Below are positions 28,302 through 37,284 of a stretch of 45,041 nt of DNA, piece after piece; within the stretch, counting starts at the first letter, position 1; each line of letters starts with the position of its first letter. This DNA comes from Hyphomicrobiaceae bacterium. GTDB lineage: Bacteria; Pseudomonadota; Alphaproteobacteria; Rhizobiales; Hyphomicrobiaceae. The DNA lies in the NCBI GenBank assembly GCA_031421555.1, contig JANOOW010000464.1:1-45041 (forward strand). The letters run 5' to 3'. Under the pieces are notes generated by a model. The model ran no database searches. It was given only the letters and a program-made list of their open reading frames with translations, and was not told the origin of the DNA. The translations under genes were made by a program, and so were the position numbers.

Positions 28302-29965
28302 CGGATCGAAGCATCGCGGCCCACTCTCCTGTACCGGAAAGCCGTACCATCGGCGTTCTCATGTGCGCGATGCTCGGTTTTGCCTTGCTGTCGGGACAAG
28401 TCGTTTGGCTCGCGTTGAAGGGCCAAGGTACACATCGATTGTCGATGAGCGAGCCGATCGCGCGCAACTTCGCACGACCCGATATTGTCGATCGCCACGG
28501 CCGGTTGATCGCGACAGATCTCGAAGCGCCATCGCTCTTCGCTGACCCAGCGGTCGTTCTCGACGTCGACGAGGTGGCCGAGAAGCTGGGTACGATTTTT
28601 CCGGACATCGATCAGTTGCAGCTGCGCTTACAATTGTCCGACAAGAGCCGCCGCTTCGTCTGGTTGCGCCGGGGACTATCGCCGCGCGTGGCCCAGCGCA
28701 TACATGACCTTGGATTGCCCGGCCTCGGGTTTCGCCGCGAGCAGAAACGCAGCTATCCACTCGGGCGCTTGGCGGGGCACATCCTGGGTGCCGTCAACGT
28801 CGACAACCGCGGACTTTCGGGGGTCGAAAAATTCATCGACGAAACCGTCGGGATCGAAGCTGTTCTCGGTGCCAAGCCCTCGGCGAAAGTGCCAATCCAG
28901 TTGTCACTCGATATCGGCGTGCAATACGGATTGGAAGACGAACTCGCCGCCGCGGTTCAGCGCTACACCGCTGCCGGTGCAGCCGGCATCGTCATGGATG
29001 CAACGAACGGCGAGATTATCGCGGCAGCGTCGCTGCCGAACTTTGATCCGGCCCACCCCGCCCAAGCGCTGGAACCTGCCCGGCTCGACAAGATCCAATC
29101 GAGCACCTTCGAGCTGGGCTCGATCTTCAAGCTGCTCACCGTTGCGCAAGCGCTCGACAGCAAAGCTGCAACGGCGGACACCGTGATAGACGTGCGGGCG
29201 CCGTTGTGGATTGGGCGGCATCAGATCCGCGATCTGCATCCAGCCGGGCGGCCGCTGTCGGTGCGTGATATCTTCGTGCAGTCATCAAACGTTGGCGCGG
29301 CTCGCCTGGCGTTGGAAGCGGGCGCGGACCGGCAGCGGGCGTTCCTCAAGCTTAGTGGTATTCTGAAGCAGGGGAGTACGGAAGCTGGCCCGATCGCAGC
29401 ACCAAGTCTGCCGAAAAACTGGGGTGAGGTCGAAACCGCAACGATCGCCTTCGGTCACGGCTTGGCAACTTCACCACTGCGATTCACCGCTGCCGCGGCT
29501 TCGTTGCTGAACGGCGGCACCTTAGTCGAGCCAACCGTGCTGCGTGCAAACATCGCGCCGCGCCCTCAAGGTGATCGCATCATTGCCGCCGAAACCAGTG
29601 CATCGCTCGCATCCCTCATGCGGCGCAACGTTACGCTGCCAACCGGAACCGGGCGGCGCGCCGAAGTCCCTGGCTACGAGGTCGGCGGCAAGACCGGCAC
29701 CGCCGAAATCGCTATCGAGGGTAAGTATCGCGGCAACATGGTAATTTCGTCATTCCTCGCAACGTTTCCTGCGAGCCAGCCGCGTTATATCATACTCGTG
29801 CTGCTGGATCGTCCGCAGCCTTCGGCGGACAGTGGTGGCCAAATCACTGCTGGTACGAATGCAGCACCTACCGCCGGGCGGATTATCGCTCGCGTCGGAC
29901 CGCTCTTGCAGGGCAAGGCTGCCGAAGAATTGACATTGTTTGACGCGATCCCAAACGCAAAATAA
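28298..29965 (+). CDS. ftsI: Peptidoglycan D,D-transpeptidase FtsI (class B PBP)
   Basis: N-terminal TM anchor. Transpeptidase motifs SxxK (GSIFK), SxN (QSSNVG) and KTG (GGKTGTA). dcw context. Confidence 0.92.
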   Translation: MTDRSIAAHSPVPESRTIGVLMCAMLGFALLSGQVVWLALKGQGTHRLSMSEPIARNFARPDIVDRHGRLIATDLEAPSLFADPAVVLDVDEVAEKLGTIFPDIDQLQLRLQLSDKSRRFVWLRRGLSPRVAQRIHDLGLPGLGFRREQKRSYPLGRLAGHILGAVNVDNRGLSGVEKFIDETVGIEAVLGAKPSAKVPIQLSLDIGVQYGLEDELAAAVQRYTAAGAAGIVMDATNGEIIAAASLPNFDPAHPAQALEPARLDKIQSSTFELGSIFKLLTVAQALDSKAATADTVIDVRAPLWIGRHQIRDLHPAGRPLSVRDIFVQSSNVGAARLALEAGADRQRAFLKLSGILKQGSTEAGPIAAPSLPKNWGEVETATIAFGHGLATSPLRFTAAAASLLNGGTLVEPTVLRANIAPRPQGDRIIAAETSASLASLMRRNVTLPTGTGRRAEVPGYEVGGKTGTAEIAIEGKYRGNMVISSFLATFPASQPRYIILVLLDRPQPSADSGGQITAGTNAAPTAGRIIARVGPLLQGKAAEELTLFDAIPNAK

Positions 29966-29999
29966 GAGACCGGCAAGCAACTCCACGGGACAACGGCGC

Positions 30000-32852
30000 A
30001 TGCTGCTTTCTACGCTTGCAGACCAGGCAGCCTCCGTCCCATCTCGGACGGCGGCGATCGATATCAAAGGGATTACCGCCGACAGTCGCGCGGTTGAGCC
30101 CGGCTTTCTGTTTGCAGCGCTTCCGGGTGTCAAGACTGACGGCGCGCAGTTCGTCGCTCAGGCGATCGCCAAGGGAGCTGTCGCGATCCTGGCGGGCGAT
30201 AACACTACTTTGACAGTTGGCGTTCCCGTAGCGCGAGCAACCGATCCACACCGTGCTCTAGCGTTGATGGCGGCCCGTTTCTACAAGGTGCAACCACCAG
30301 TAGCGGTCGCAGTTACCGGCACCAATGGCAAGACCTCGGTCGTTGAGTTCACACGCCAGATCTTTGCCCGGCTTGGCCGGAAGGCGGCATCGCTCGGCAC
30401 TATCGGCATCGTGAAGCCAGATGGCAGCGTCTACGGTTCACTCACCACGCCGGACCCGGTCACGCTGCATCGTACATTGGCCGAACTTGCGAACGAAGGC
30501 GTGACGCACATCGCGTTCGAGGCATCGTCCCACGGTCTCGATCAACGGCGGCTTGATGGCGTGCACCTGAAGGCCGCGGCGTTTACGAATTTGGGCCGCG
30601 ATCACCTCGACTATCATCCGGCAATAGAAGACTACTTCAGGGCCAAGCTCCGATTGTTTGATACGCTGCTGCCAGCGGACGGTATCGCTGTCGTGCACGC
30701 CGATGACGAACGCTCGATGGAGGTATGCCGGGTCGCAGCAGCGCGTGGCATCCGCGTGTTCACGACGGGACGTGCCGGTGAAGATTTGAAACTGATCAAC
30801 GTTTCAGCCGATGGCTTTGCCCAGCGCCTGACGATCGAGCACGCGGGCCAGCGTTACGACGTCAAGCTAAAACTGATAGGCGACTATCAGGCCACGAACG
30901 CTTTGCTCGCCGCGGGCTTGGCGATCGCCACCGGCGAAGATGCCGGGCGCGCAATCGCGGCCATCGAAAGTCTGCATGGCGTGAACGGCCGGCTCGACAT
31001 CGTTGGCGAGCACAACGGCGGACTTGCCATCGTCGACTACGCGCACAAGCCGGAAGCGCTCGAAGCGGCACTCGCGGCGGTGAGGCCTTTCGCTAGCGGC
31101 AAGCTCATCTGTGTATTCGGCTGCGGCGGTGATCGCGACAAGGGCAAACGCCCGCTCATGGGCGAGATCGCGTCACGCTGCGCCGACGTGGTGATCGTCA
31201 CCGACGACAACCCCCGCACCGAAGTGCCCGAAACTATACGCCGGGAGATACTGGCTGCAGCGTCCGGTGCGCGCGAGATCGGCGACCGCGCCGAGGCAAT
31301 CACAATCGCGGTCAAATTGATACAGCCCGGCGACGTTTTGCTGGTTGCAGGCAAGGGCCACGAGACCGGCCAGATCATCGGCGAAACGACACTACCCTTC
31401 TCGGATCATGAAGCTTTGCGTCGCGCGATGACGCTGCCACTTTGGACCGCCGACGAGCTCATTGGGGCTTCGGCCGGCGTTCTCGATGGTAGCATTACCC
31501 AGGCCATCAATGGCCTCTCAATCGACACGCGTTCCCTGCAACCGGGTGACGTGTTCGTCGCTCTCAACGATGCGCGTGACGGGCACGCATTCGTGACGCA
31601 GGCCTTTCAGGCAGGAGCAGCAGCGGCAGTCGTCGCCGCGTCCTACCAGCGTCAACCTGAAGACGGGGCGCTGATCCGTGTCGACGATCCATTACGCGCG
31701 TTGGAACTCATCGGCGTCGCCGCCCGTGCACGGCTCGCCCCAACCGCTCACGTAATTGCAATAACCGGCAGCGTCGGCAAAACCGGCACCAAGGAAATGT
31801 TGCGTCAGTGTTTTGAGCGGGCCGGCAAGACGCATGCGGCGATCAAGTCCTTCAACAATCACTGGGGCGTGCCTCTGACGCTTGCCCGCACACCAGCTGA
31901 CACTCAATTCGCGATCTACGAAATTGGTATGAACCACGCTGGCGAAATCGAACATCTTGTCGCCTTCGTGAGGCCGCATATTGCGATCGTGACGACGGTC
32001 GAGCCGGTACATCTGGAAAACTTCGATTCGGTCGACGATATCGCTGACGCAAAGGCCGAGATTTTTAGTGGTCTGATTCCAGGCGGGATAGCGATCGTTA
32101 ACTGCGACAATCCGCACTTTCAGAGGCTAGGCGCGGCTGCGGCACTTGCGGGCGCCCGCATCGTAACGTTCGGCCATCACGCGTCCGCAAATGTGCGGAT
32201 CGAAGCCGCTGACGTGCGCGACGACGGCAGCACCATCAGCCTTCGATTAGGCGCTGATCCAGTCAGTTATGAGCTTGGTGCACCCGGCGCGCATCTTGTG
32301 CAGAACTCGGCGGCAGTCGTCGCAGTCCTCGCCCACGTACTCGGCGTCAGGTCGCCTGCCTTCGAGGAAGCGCTGCTTGCCCTGCGCGATACCGGCGCGC
32401 CGGAAGGGCGCGGTGCCAGGACCATCCTGAAAGCCAACGGTAAAGACACCCTGCTGATCGACGAGAGCTACAACGCCAACCCTGCTTCGATGCGGGCCGC
32501 GATCGCAGCTCTCGGTACCGTGCCGCGCACCAAGTTCCCCCGCCGTATCGCGGTGCTCGGCGACATGCTGGAGTTGGGACCGACAGGCGCTGAACTGCAT
32601 CGCGGACTTAACGCTACGATCGAGAGCAGCGATGTCGATCTAGTGTTTGCTTCAGGCCCCCTTATGCGGCATTTGTTCGACGATCTCGAGCCAAAGAGGC
32701 AGGGCAAGTGGGCTGCGAACGCGGCCAGTCTCTCGAGCGACGTCGTCGAAGCGCTGCAACCCGGGGATGTGGTCATGATCAAGGGCTCCCTGGGCTCGCG
32801 CATGGCGCCGCTGGTAAAATCTGTTAAGGAGCGGTTCGCCGGGGAATCGTGA
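30000..32852 (+). CDS. murE-murF: Single ORF encoding MurE (meso-DAP-adding ligase) fused in frame to MurF (D-Ala-D-Ala-adding ligase)
   Basis: The N-terminal half has P-loop TGTNGKTS, the DNPR motif (VTDDNPRTE) and GKGHETGQ. The C-terminal half begins [11 protein letters not shown] at 31428 and has its own P-loop, [12 protein letters not shown]. There is no in-frame stop between the halves. The start is taken at the ATG at 30000, after the ftsI stop; the TTG at 29940 is less likely. Confidence 0.85.
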   Translation: MLLSTLADQAASVPSRTAAIDIKGITADSRAVEPGFLFAALPGVKTDGAQFVAQAIAKGAVAILAGDNTTLTVGVPVARATDPHRALALMAARFYKVQPPVAVAVTGTNGKTSVVEFTRQIFARLGRKAASLGTIGIVKPDGSVYGSLTTPDPVTLHRTLAELANEGVTHIAFEASSHGLDQRRLDGVHLKAAAFTNLGRDHLDYHPAIEDYFRAKLRLFDTLLPADGIAVVHADDERSMEVCRVAAARGIRVFTTGRAGEDLKLINVSADGFAQRLTIEHAGQRYDVKLKLIGDYQATNALLAAGLAIATGEDAGRAIAAIESLHGVNGRLDIVGEHNGGLAIVDYAHKPEALEAALAAVRPFASGKLICVFGCGGDRDKGKRPLMGEIASRCADVVIVTDDNPRTEVPETIRREILAAASGAREIGDRAEAITIAVKLIQPGDVLLVAGKGHETGQIIGETTLPFSDHEALRRAMTLPLWTADELIGASAGVLDGSITQAINGLSIDTRSLQPGDVFVALNDARDGHAFVTQAFQAGAAAAVVAASYQRQPEDGALIRVDDPLRALELIGVAARARLAPTAHVIAITGSVGKTGTKEMLRQCFERAGKTHAAIKSFNNHWGVPLTLARTPADTQFAIYEIGMNHAGEIEHLVAFVRPHIAIVTTVEPVHLENFDSVDDIADAKAEIFSGLIPGGIAIVNCDNPHFQRLGAAAALAGARIVTFGHHASANVRIEAADVRDDGSTISLRLGADPVSYELGAPGAHLVQNSAAVVAVLAHVLGVRSPAFEEALLALRDTGAPEGRGARTILKANGKDTLLIDESYNANPASMRAAIAALGTVPRTKFPRRIAVLGDMLELGPTGAELHRGLNATIESSDVDLVFASGPLMRHLFDDLEPKRQGKWAANAASLSSDVVEALQPGDVVMIKGSLGSRMAPLVKSVKERFAGES

Positions 32853-32931
32853 GGGTGCCGTTGTCGTTGTGCGCCCGAGAGACACCGGTTGGCTGGCACA
32901 TGCCGCGCCAATCAGCGGGAAGGGTCATCGA

Positions 32932-34014
32932 ATGCTCTATGAGCTGATAAACTTCAGCGATCAAATCGGCGCGCTGAACGTCTTTCGCTACATCACGTTC
33001 CGCACCGCGAGCGCAATGATGACGGCTGGGCTGTTCGTGTTCCTGTTCGGTCCGGCGATCATCGATCTGCTGCGTGTCCGCCAGGGCAAGGGGCAACCAA
33101 TTCGCGAGGATGGCCCGAAGACCCATCTGTCGAAGCGCGGCACGCCGACGATGGGTGGACTAATGATCATCGGCGGCGTTACCGTCTCGACGTTGCTGTG
33201 GGCCAATCTTGCAAACGCTTACGTCTGGGTTGTCCTCGGCGTGACGCTCGCCTTCGGGGCGATCGGCTTCTACGACGACTATCTGAAGATCACCAAGCGC
33301 ACGACCGACGGCTTTTCGACGAAGATCCGGCTGGGCTTGGAACTCATCGTCGCCGCCCTCGCGACCTACGCCATCATGAAACTCTCGGTGCCGCAGTTCT
33401 CGGGCAAGTTGGCTGTGCCGTTCCTCAAAAACACGCTGATCGACTTCGGGCCATTCTTCGTGCTTTTCGGTGTCATCGTGATCGCCGGCACCGGCAACGC
33501 CGTCAATCTCACGGACGGCCTGGATGGGCTCGCGATCGTGCCGGTCATGATCGCGGCCGCCACCTTCGGCATTTTCGCTTATGTCGCCGGCCGCTTCGAC
33601 TGGGCGCGCTACCTGCAATTGCACTACATCGCTGGCACCGGCGAATTGGCGATCATATGCGGGGCATTGATAGGCGCGGGCTTGGGCTTCTTATGGTTCA
33701 ACGCGCCGCCCGCGATGATTTTCATGGGCGACACCGGATCGCTGGCGCTCGGCGGCGCGTTGGGCACCATCGCGGTCGCAACGAAGCACGAGATCGTGCT
33801 GGTTGTCGTCGGCGGCCTGTTCGTGCTCGAAGCGCTATCGGTAATTATCCAAGTCGCGTCGTTCAAGATGACCGGCAAGCGCGTGTTTCGAATGGCGCCG
33901 CTGCATCACCACTTCGAACAGAAGGGCTGGGCGGAGGCAACGGTTGTCGTACGCTTTTGGATTATCTCCGTCTGCCTCGCGCTGATCGGGCTGGCGACGC
34001 TGAAGCTGAGGTAG
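32932..34014 (+). CDS. mraY: Phospho-N-acetylmuramoyl-pentapeptide transferase
   Basis: MLYELINF...FRYITFR N-terminus, Kx[32 protein letters not shown] and PLHHHFE. The start is set at the ATG at 32932, not the longer ORF start. Confidence 0.95.
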   Translation: MLYELINFSDQIGALNVFRYITFRTASAMMTAGLFVFLFGPAIIDLLRVRQGKGQPIREDGPKTHLSKRGTPTMGGLMIIGGVTVSTLLWANLANAYVWVVLGVTLAFGAIGFYDDYLKITKRTTDGFSTKIRLGLELIVAALATYAIMKLSVPQFSGKLAVPFLKNTLIDFGPFFVLFGVIVIAGTGNAVNLTDGLDGLAIVPVMIAAATFGIFAYVAGRFDWARYLQLHYIAGTGELAIICGALIGAGLGFLWFNAPPAMIFMGDTGSLALGGALGTIAVATKHEIVLVVVGGLFVLEALSVIIQVASFKMTGKRVFRMAPLHHHFEQKGWAEATVVVRFWIISVCLALIGLATLKLR

Positions 34015-34169
34015 GGCGGTTCATATCTCCATCTGCCTCGTCTGCTGCCATCCCAGGCCAGTCCCCTACGAGATGCATTGCTGTTTCTTCGCCGGCAGGG
34101 CTATGCTCGCCTGGCGCAGAGGCGCGTGGCGCTCACTCGGCCGTGCGGGCATTGTGGAGAAAACAGGCG

Positions 34170-36356
34170 ATGTCGAAAACCGATAAAATCAAAATTTCCC
34201 GGCGTGATTTCGTCATCGCGGCGGGTGCGGCAGGCGGGCTCGCTCTGGGGTTCGATCTGCCAAACGCTTTCGCGCAGAAGGCTGCTGCGCCCGGCACCGA
34301 AGTCAACGCCTGGGTGGTTATCAGGCCTGATGATACGTGCGTGATTCGAGTCGTCCGCTCGGAGATGGGCCAAGGCACCATCACTGGTCTAGCTCAGCTC
34401 GTGGCTGAAGAGCTCGAATGCGACTGGAAGAAAGTCCTTTACGAGTATCCGACGCCTGGCGAGAGCCACGCGAGAAAGCGCGTCTGGGGCGAGATGGGTA
34501 CCGGCGGCAGCCGTGGCATCCGCACATCGCAGGACTATGTCCGTCGCGGAGGCGCCGCTGCCCGCATGATGCTGATGGAAGCCGCTGCACAAGAGTGGAA
34601 AGTGCCGGTCGCCGAGCTGACCGTGTCGGACGGGATCATCACGCACGCCGCTTCGAAGCGCACGATCTCGTACGGAAAGGTCGCTGATGCCGCCGCTAAG
34701 CTGACGCCGCCCGATGCGAAGACCATCACGCTCAAAGACCCCAAGGATTGGAAGATCGCCGGCAAGCCGATGAAGCGGCTCGACACGCTAGACAAGCTTG
34801 ATGGCACCAAGAAATACGCGATCGACGTTGAGCTGCCGGGCATGTTGAACGCGGCGATCAAGGCTGCACCCGTTCACGGCACCAAGATCCAAAGCTACGA
34901 CGAAGCGAAGATCAGCGGCATGCCTGGCGTCCGCAAGGTCGTCAAGGTCGACGCCGTCACCGTGGCGGTTGTTGCCGACACGTGGTGGCACGCAAAGAAG
35001 GCGCTCGATGCGCTGCCGATCGTCTATGAGGATACGCCCAACTCCAAGGTTTCCAGCGCCAGCATCGCCGAGCACCTGAAGGAGGGTCTGACGCCGGGTG
35101 CGGCCAACGTCCACGCCGGCGTCAAAGTTGGCGATGTGCCGAAGGCGCTCGAAGCCGCGGCAAAGCGGGTCGAAGCCGTTTACAGCACGCCGTTCCTCGC
35201 GCACGCCACGATGGAGCCGATGAACTGTACGGCGCGCTACACGCCCGAGCGCGCCGAGATCTGGGTGCCCACGCAAAACGGCGAAGCCTCACACGCAGCC
35301 CTTTCTGAAAGCTCGGGGCTGCCGCTCGACAAATGCGAAGTCTACAAGATGGATCTTGGCGGCGGCTTCGGCCGGCGCGGTGGCGCGCAAGACTATGTGC
35401 GCCAAGCTACCGCGATCGCGAAGGAGTTACCGGGCACGCCGGTCAAACTCATTTGGTCACGCGAAGAAGACATGATGCACGACTTCTACCGGCCGGTCTC
35501 GCAATGCCGGATGGAAGCTGGGCTCGATGCAGCAGGCAACCTTACGGCACTGCACGTCCGCGTATCGGGCCAATCGATCAACGCCTGGTCGAACCCGTCG
35601 GCGATCAAGGATGGCAAGGACGACCGCCAGCTGCAAGGCATGCTGTACACGACGCCGGACAGCTTGCTCGGCTACACGTTGCCGAACATGCTGATCGAGT
35701 ATGCCATGCGCAACACGCACGTGCCGGTTGGGCCGTGGCGCGGCGTCAACACCAATCAGAACGCGGTTTATCTCGAATGCTTCATCGACGAGGTTGCAAA
35801 AGCGGCCGGCAAGGATCCGCTGGAGTTCCGCCGTGCGATCATGGCGCCGCATCCCAAGCACTTGGCGGTATTGAATGCGGCAGCCGAAAAGGCTGGCTGG
35901 GGTAAGCCGTTGCCGCCGGGCGTGTACCGCGGCATCGCGCAGTTTATGGGATACGGCAGCTATTCGGCAGCCGTCGCCGAAGTCTCGGTGTCGGACAAGG
36001 GCAAGCTCAAGGTGCATCGCCTGGTGCTTGCGACCGACAGCGGCCACGTCGTCAACCCGGACCAGGTCGCCGCGCAAATCGAAGGCGGCGTTGCTTATGG
36101 GTTGGCAGCGACAATGTACGGCGAGGTCACGGTCAAGGATGGCGCGATGGTCGAGCGCAATTTCGACACCCATGAGATCCTTCGCTTGGCCGAATTCCCC
36201 AAGGTCGAGACCGTGCTGGTGCCCTCAGGCGGGTTCTGGGGCGGTGTCGGCGAACCGACCATCTGCGTCGTGGCGCCGAGCGTGCTCAACGCCATTGCCG
36301 CCGCCACCGGCAAGCCGGCGCGCAATCTGCCGCTGAAGAACTTGAAGTTGATGTAA
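34170..36356 (+). CDS. Xanthine dehydrogenase-family molybdopterin-binding subunit, IorB-like, with a Tat signal
   Basis: MSKTDKIKISRRDFVIAAGAAGGLALGFDLPNAFA twin-arginine signal. EMGQGT, GGGFGRR, the length (~728 aa) and GEPT near the C-terminus are typical of IorB/aldehyde oxidase large subunits. GGAGA lies 9 nt upstream of the ATG. The upstream part of the 1052-aa ORF is rejected. Confidence 0.85.
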   Translation: MSKTDKIKISRRDFVIAAGAAGGLALGFDLPNAFAQKAAAPGTEVNAWVVIRPDDTCVIRVVRSEMGQGTITGLAQLVAEELECDWKKVLYEYPTPGESHARKRVWGEMGTGGSRGIRTSQDYVRRGGAAARMMLMEAAAQEWKVPVAELTVSDGIITHAASKRTISYGKVADAAAKLTPPDAKTITLKDPKDWKIAGKPMKRLDTLDKLDGTKKYAIDVELPGMLNAAIKAAPVHGTKIQSYDEAKISGMPGVRKVVKVDAVTVAVVADTWWHAKKALDALPIVYEDTPNSKVSSASIAEHLKEGLTPGAANVHAGVKVGDVPKALEAAAKRVEAVYSTPFLAHATMEPMNCTARYTPERAEIWVPTQNGEASHAALSESSGLPLDKCEVYKMDLGGGFGRRGGAQDYVRQATAIAKELPGTPVKLIWSREEDMMHDFYRPVSQCRMEAGLDAAGNLTALHVRVSGQSINAWSNPSAIKDGKDDRQLQGMLYTTPDSLLGYTLPNMLIEYAMRNTHVPVGPWRGVNTNQNAVYLECFIDEVAKAAGKDPLEFRRAIMAPHPKHLAVLNAAAEKAGWGKPLPPGVYRGIAQFMGYGSYSAAVAEVSVSDKGKLKVHRLVLATDSGHVVNPDQVAAQIEGGVAYGLAATMYGEVTVKDGAMVERNFDTHEILRLAEFPKVETVLVPSGGFWGGVGEPTICVVAPSVLNAIAAATGKPARNLPLKNLKLM

Positions 36357-36388
36357 GCTGGTTGAGGGCACAGAACGAATTCGGTGCC

Positions 36389-36474
36389 GTAGGTTGGGTC
36401 AAGCTCTTGCGCGACCACATCCACGACCGGTATCAGCCGTGTTGGGTCGCGCCCAAGAGCTTGACCCAACCTAC
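36389..36474. repeat. REP-like imperfect palindrome between convergent genes
   Basis: GTAGGTTGGGTCAAGCTCTTGCGCGACC...GGTCGCGCCCAAGAGCTTGACCCAACCTAC. This gives a 21-bp perfect outer stem plus an inner GC-rich stem interrupted by a 2-nt bulge, with a ~28-nt loop. It lies between the iorB-like stop and the SDR stop and could act as a bidirectional terminator. Confidence 0.85.
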
Positions 36475-36518
36475 AAGTCGCCAAACCAAACGATGACGCG
36501 ACGTCACCTACTCGACCA

Positions 36519-37274
36519 TCACCCCAAATACGCGCCACCGTTGACGTGCAACGTCTGCCCGGTGACGTAGCGGCCGGCGGGGCTGGCGAGGTAGGCGACG
36601 GCGCCGGCGATTTCGTCGGGCTTGCCGAGGCGCCCCAACAGCGTACGGCTGACCTGATGGTGCGACGGCAACGCGACGCTGGCATCGCGCGAGGTGTCGA
36701 TCAACCCCGGCACGACGCAGTTGACGGTAATGCCATCGCTGGCAAGGTCGGCTGCCAACGCGCGCGTCAATCCGATCATGCCGGCCTTTGCCGTGATGAC
36801 GTGCGCGCGGCCCTTGGCGCCGGTGTGCGCACTCAGGCCGCCGATGTTGATGATACTGCCGCCGCCCGCCCGCTTCATATGCGGGGCGACGGCCTTGGCA
36901 CCGAGGAAGCTCGCGTCGATGGTCGATGCCATTACTTCGCGCCAAGCGGCAAGCGTCAATTCGTCGAGCGTCGCTTCACGGCGGATGGCCGCGTTGTTGA
37001 CGAGGATATCTACGCGCCCGAAGTGCTTGACCGCCTCGGCCGCGAGGCGATCGGCCGTCGCTGGATCAGCCACGTCACCGAGTACGGCGACGGCTTTACC
37101 GCCGGCAGCCGCGATCGCCGCGACCACTTCATCGACCTCCGCCTTGTTGCTGCGGGCGTTGACGATGATCGACGCACCTTCGCCAGCGAGCATGAGCGCG
37201 ATGGCGCGGCCGATGTTGCGGCCAGCTCCCGTGATGATGGCGACTTTGCCAGCCAGAGTTTTGCCATTGGTCAT
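36519..37274 (-). CDS. SDR-family (FabG-like) protein with a non-canonical active-site region
   Basis: TGAGRNIGRAIA cofactor motif, NNAA and PGLIDT. It aligns without gaps to FabG around the active site, but Gly and Val occupy the canonical Ser and Tyr positions. GAGGA lies upstream of the ATG, 10 nt after the PrpD-family stop. Confidence 0.85.
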   Translation of the reverse strand: MTNGKTLAGKVAIITGAGRNIGRAIALMLAGEGASIIVNARSNKAEVDEVVAAIAAAGGKAVAVLGDVADPATADRLAAEAVKHFGRVDILVNNAAIRREATLDELTLAAWREVMASTIDASFLGAKAVAPHMKRAGGGSIINIGGLSAHTGAKGRAHVITAKAGMIGLTRALAADLASDGITVNCVVPGLIDTSRDASVALPSHHQVSRTLLGRLGKPDEIAGAVAYLASPAGRYVTGQTLHVNGGAYLG

Positions 37275-37284
37275 CGGATCGTCC

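Noticed and set aside
29940-29999. TTG-initiated N-terminal extension of MurE overlapping the end of ftsI
   Set aside because: The extension (TRSQTQNKRPASNSTGQRR) is not MurE-like and overlaps ftsI coding sequence. The ATG at 30000, after the ftsI stop, gives a typical MurE N-terminus.
33198-34169. Upstream 324 codons of the 1052-aa ORF that contains the IorB-like gene
   Set aside because: This part overlaps mraY in another frame and translates to Arg-rich nonsense. The real start is the ATG at 34170, which has GGAGA upstream and is followed immediately by a Tat signal.
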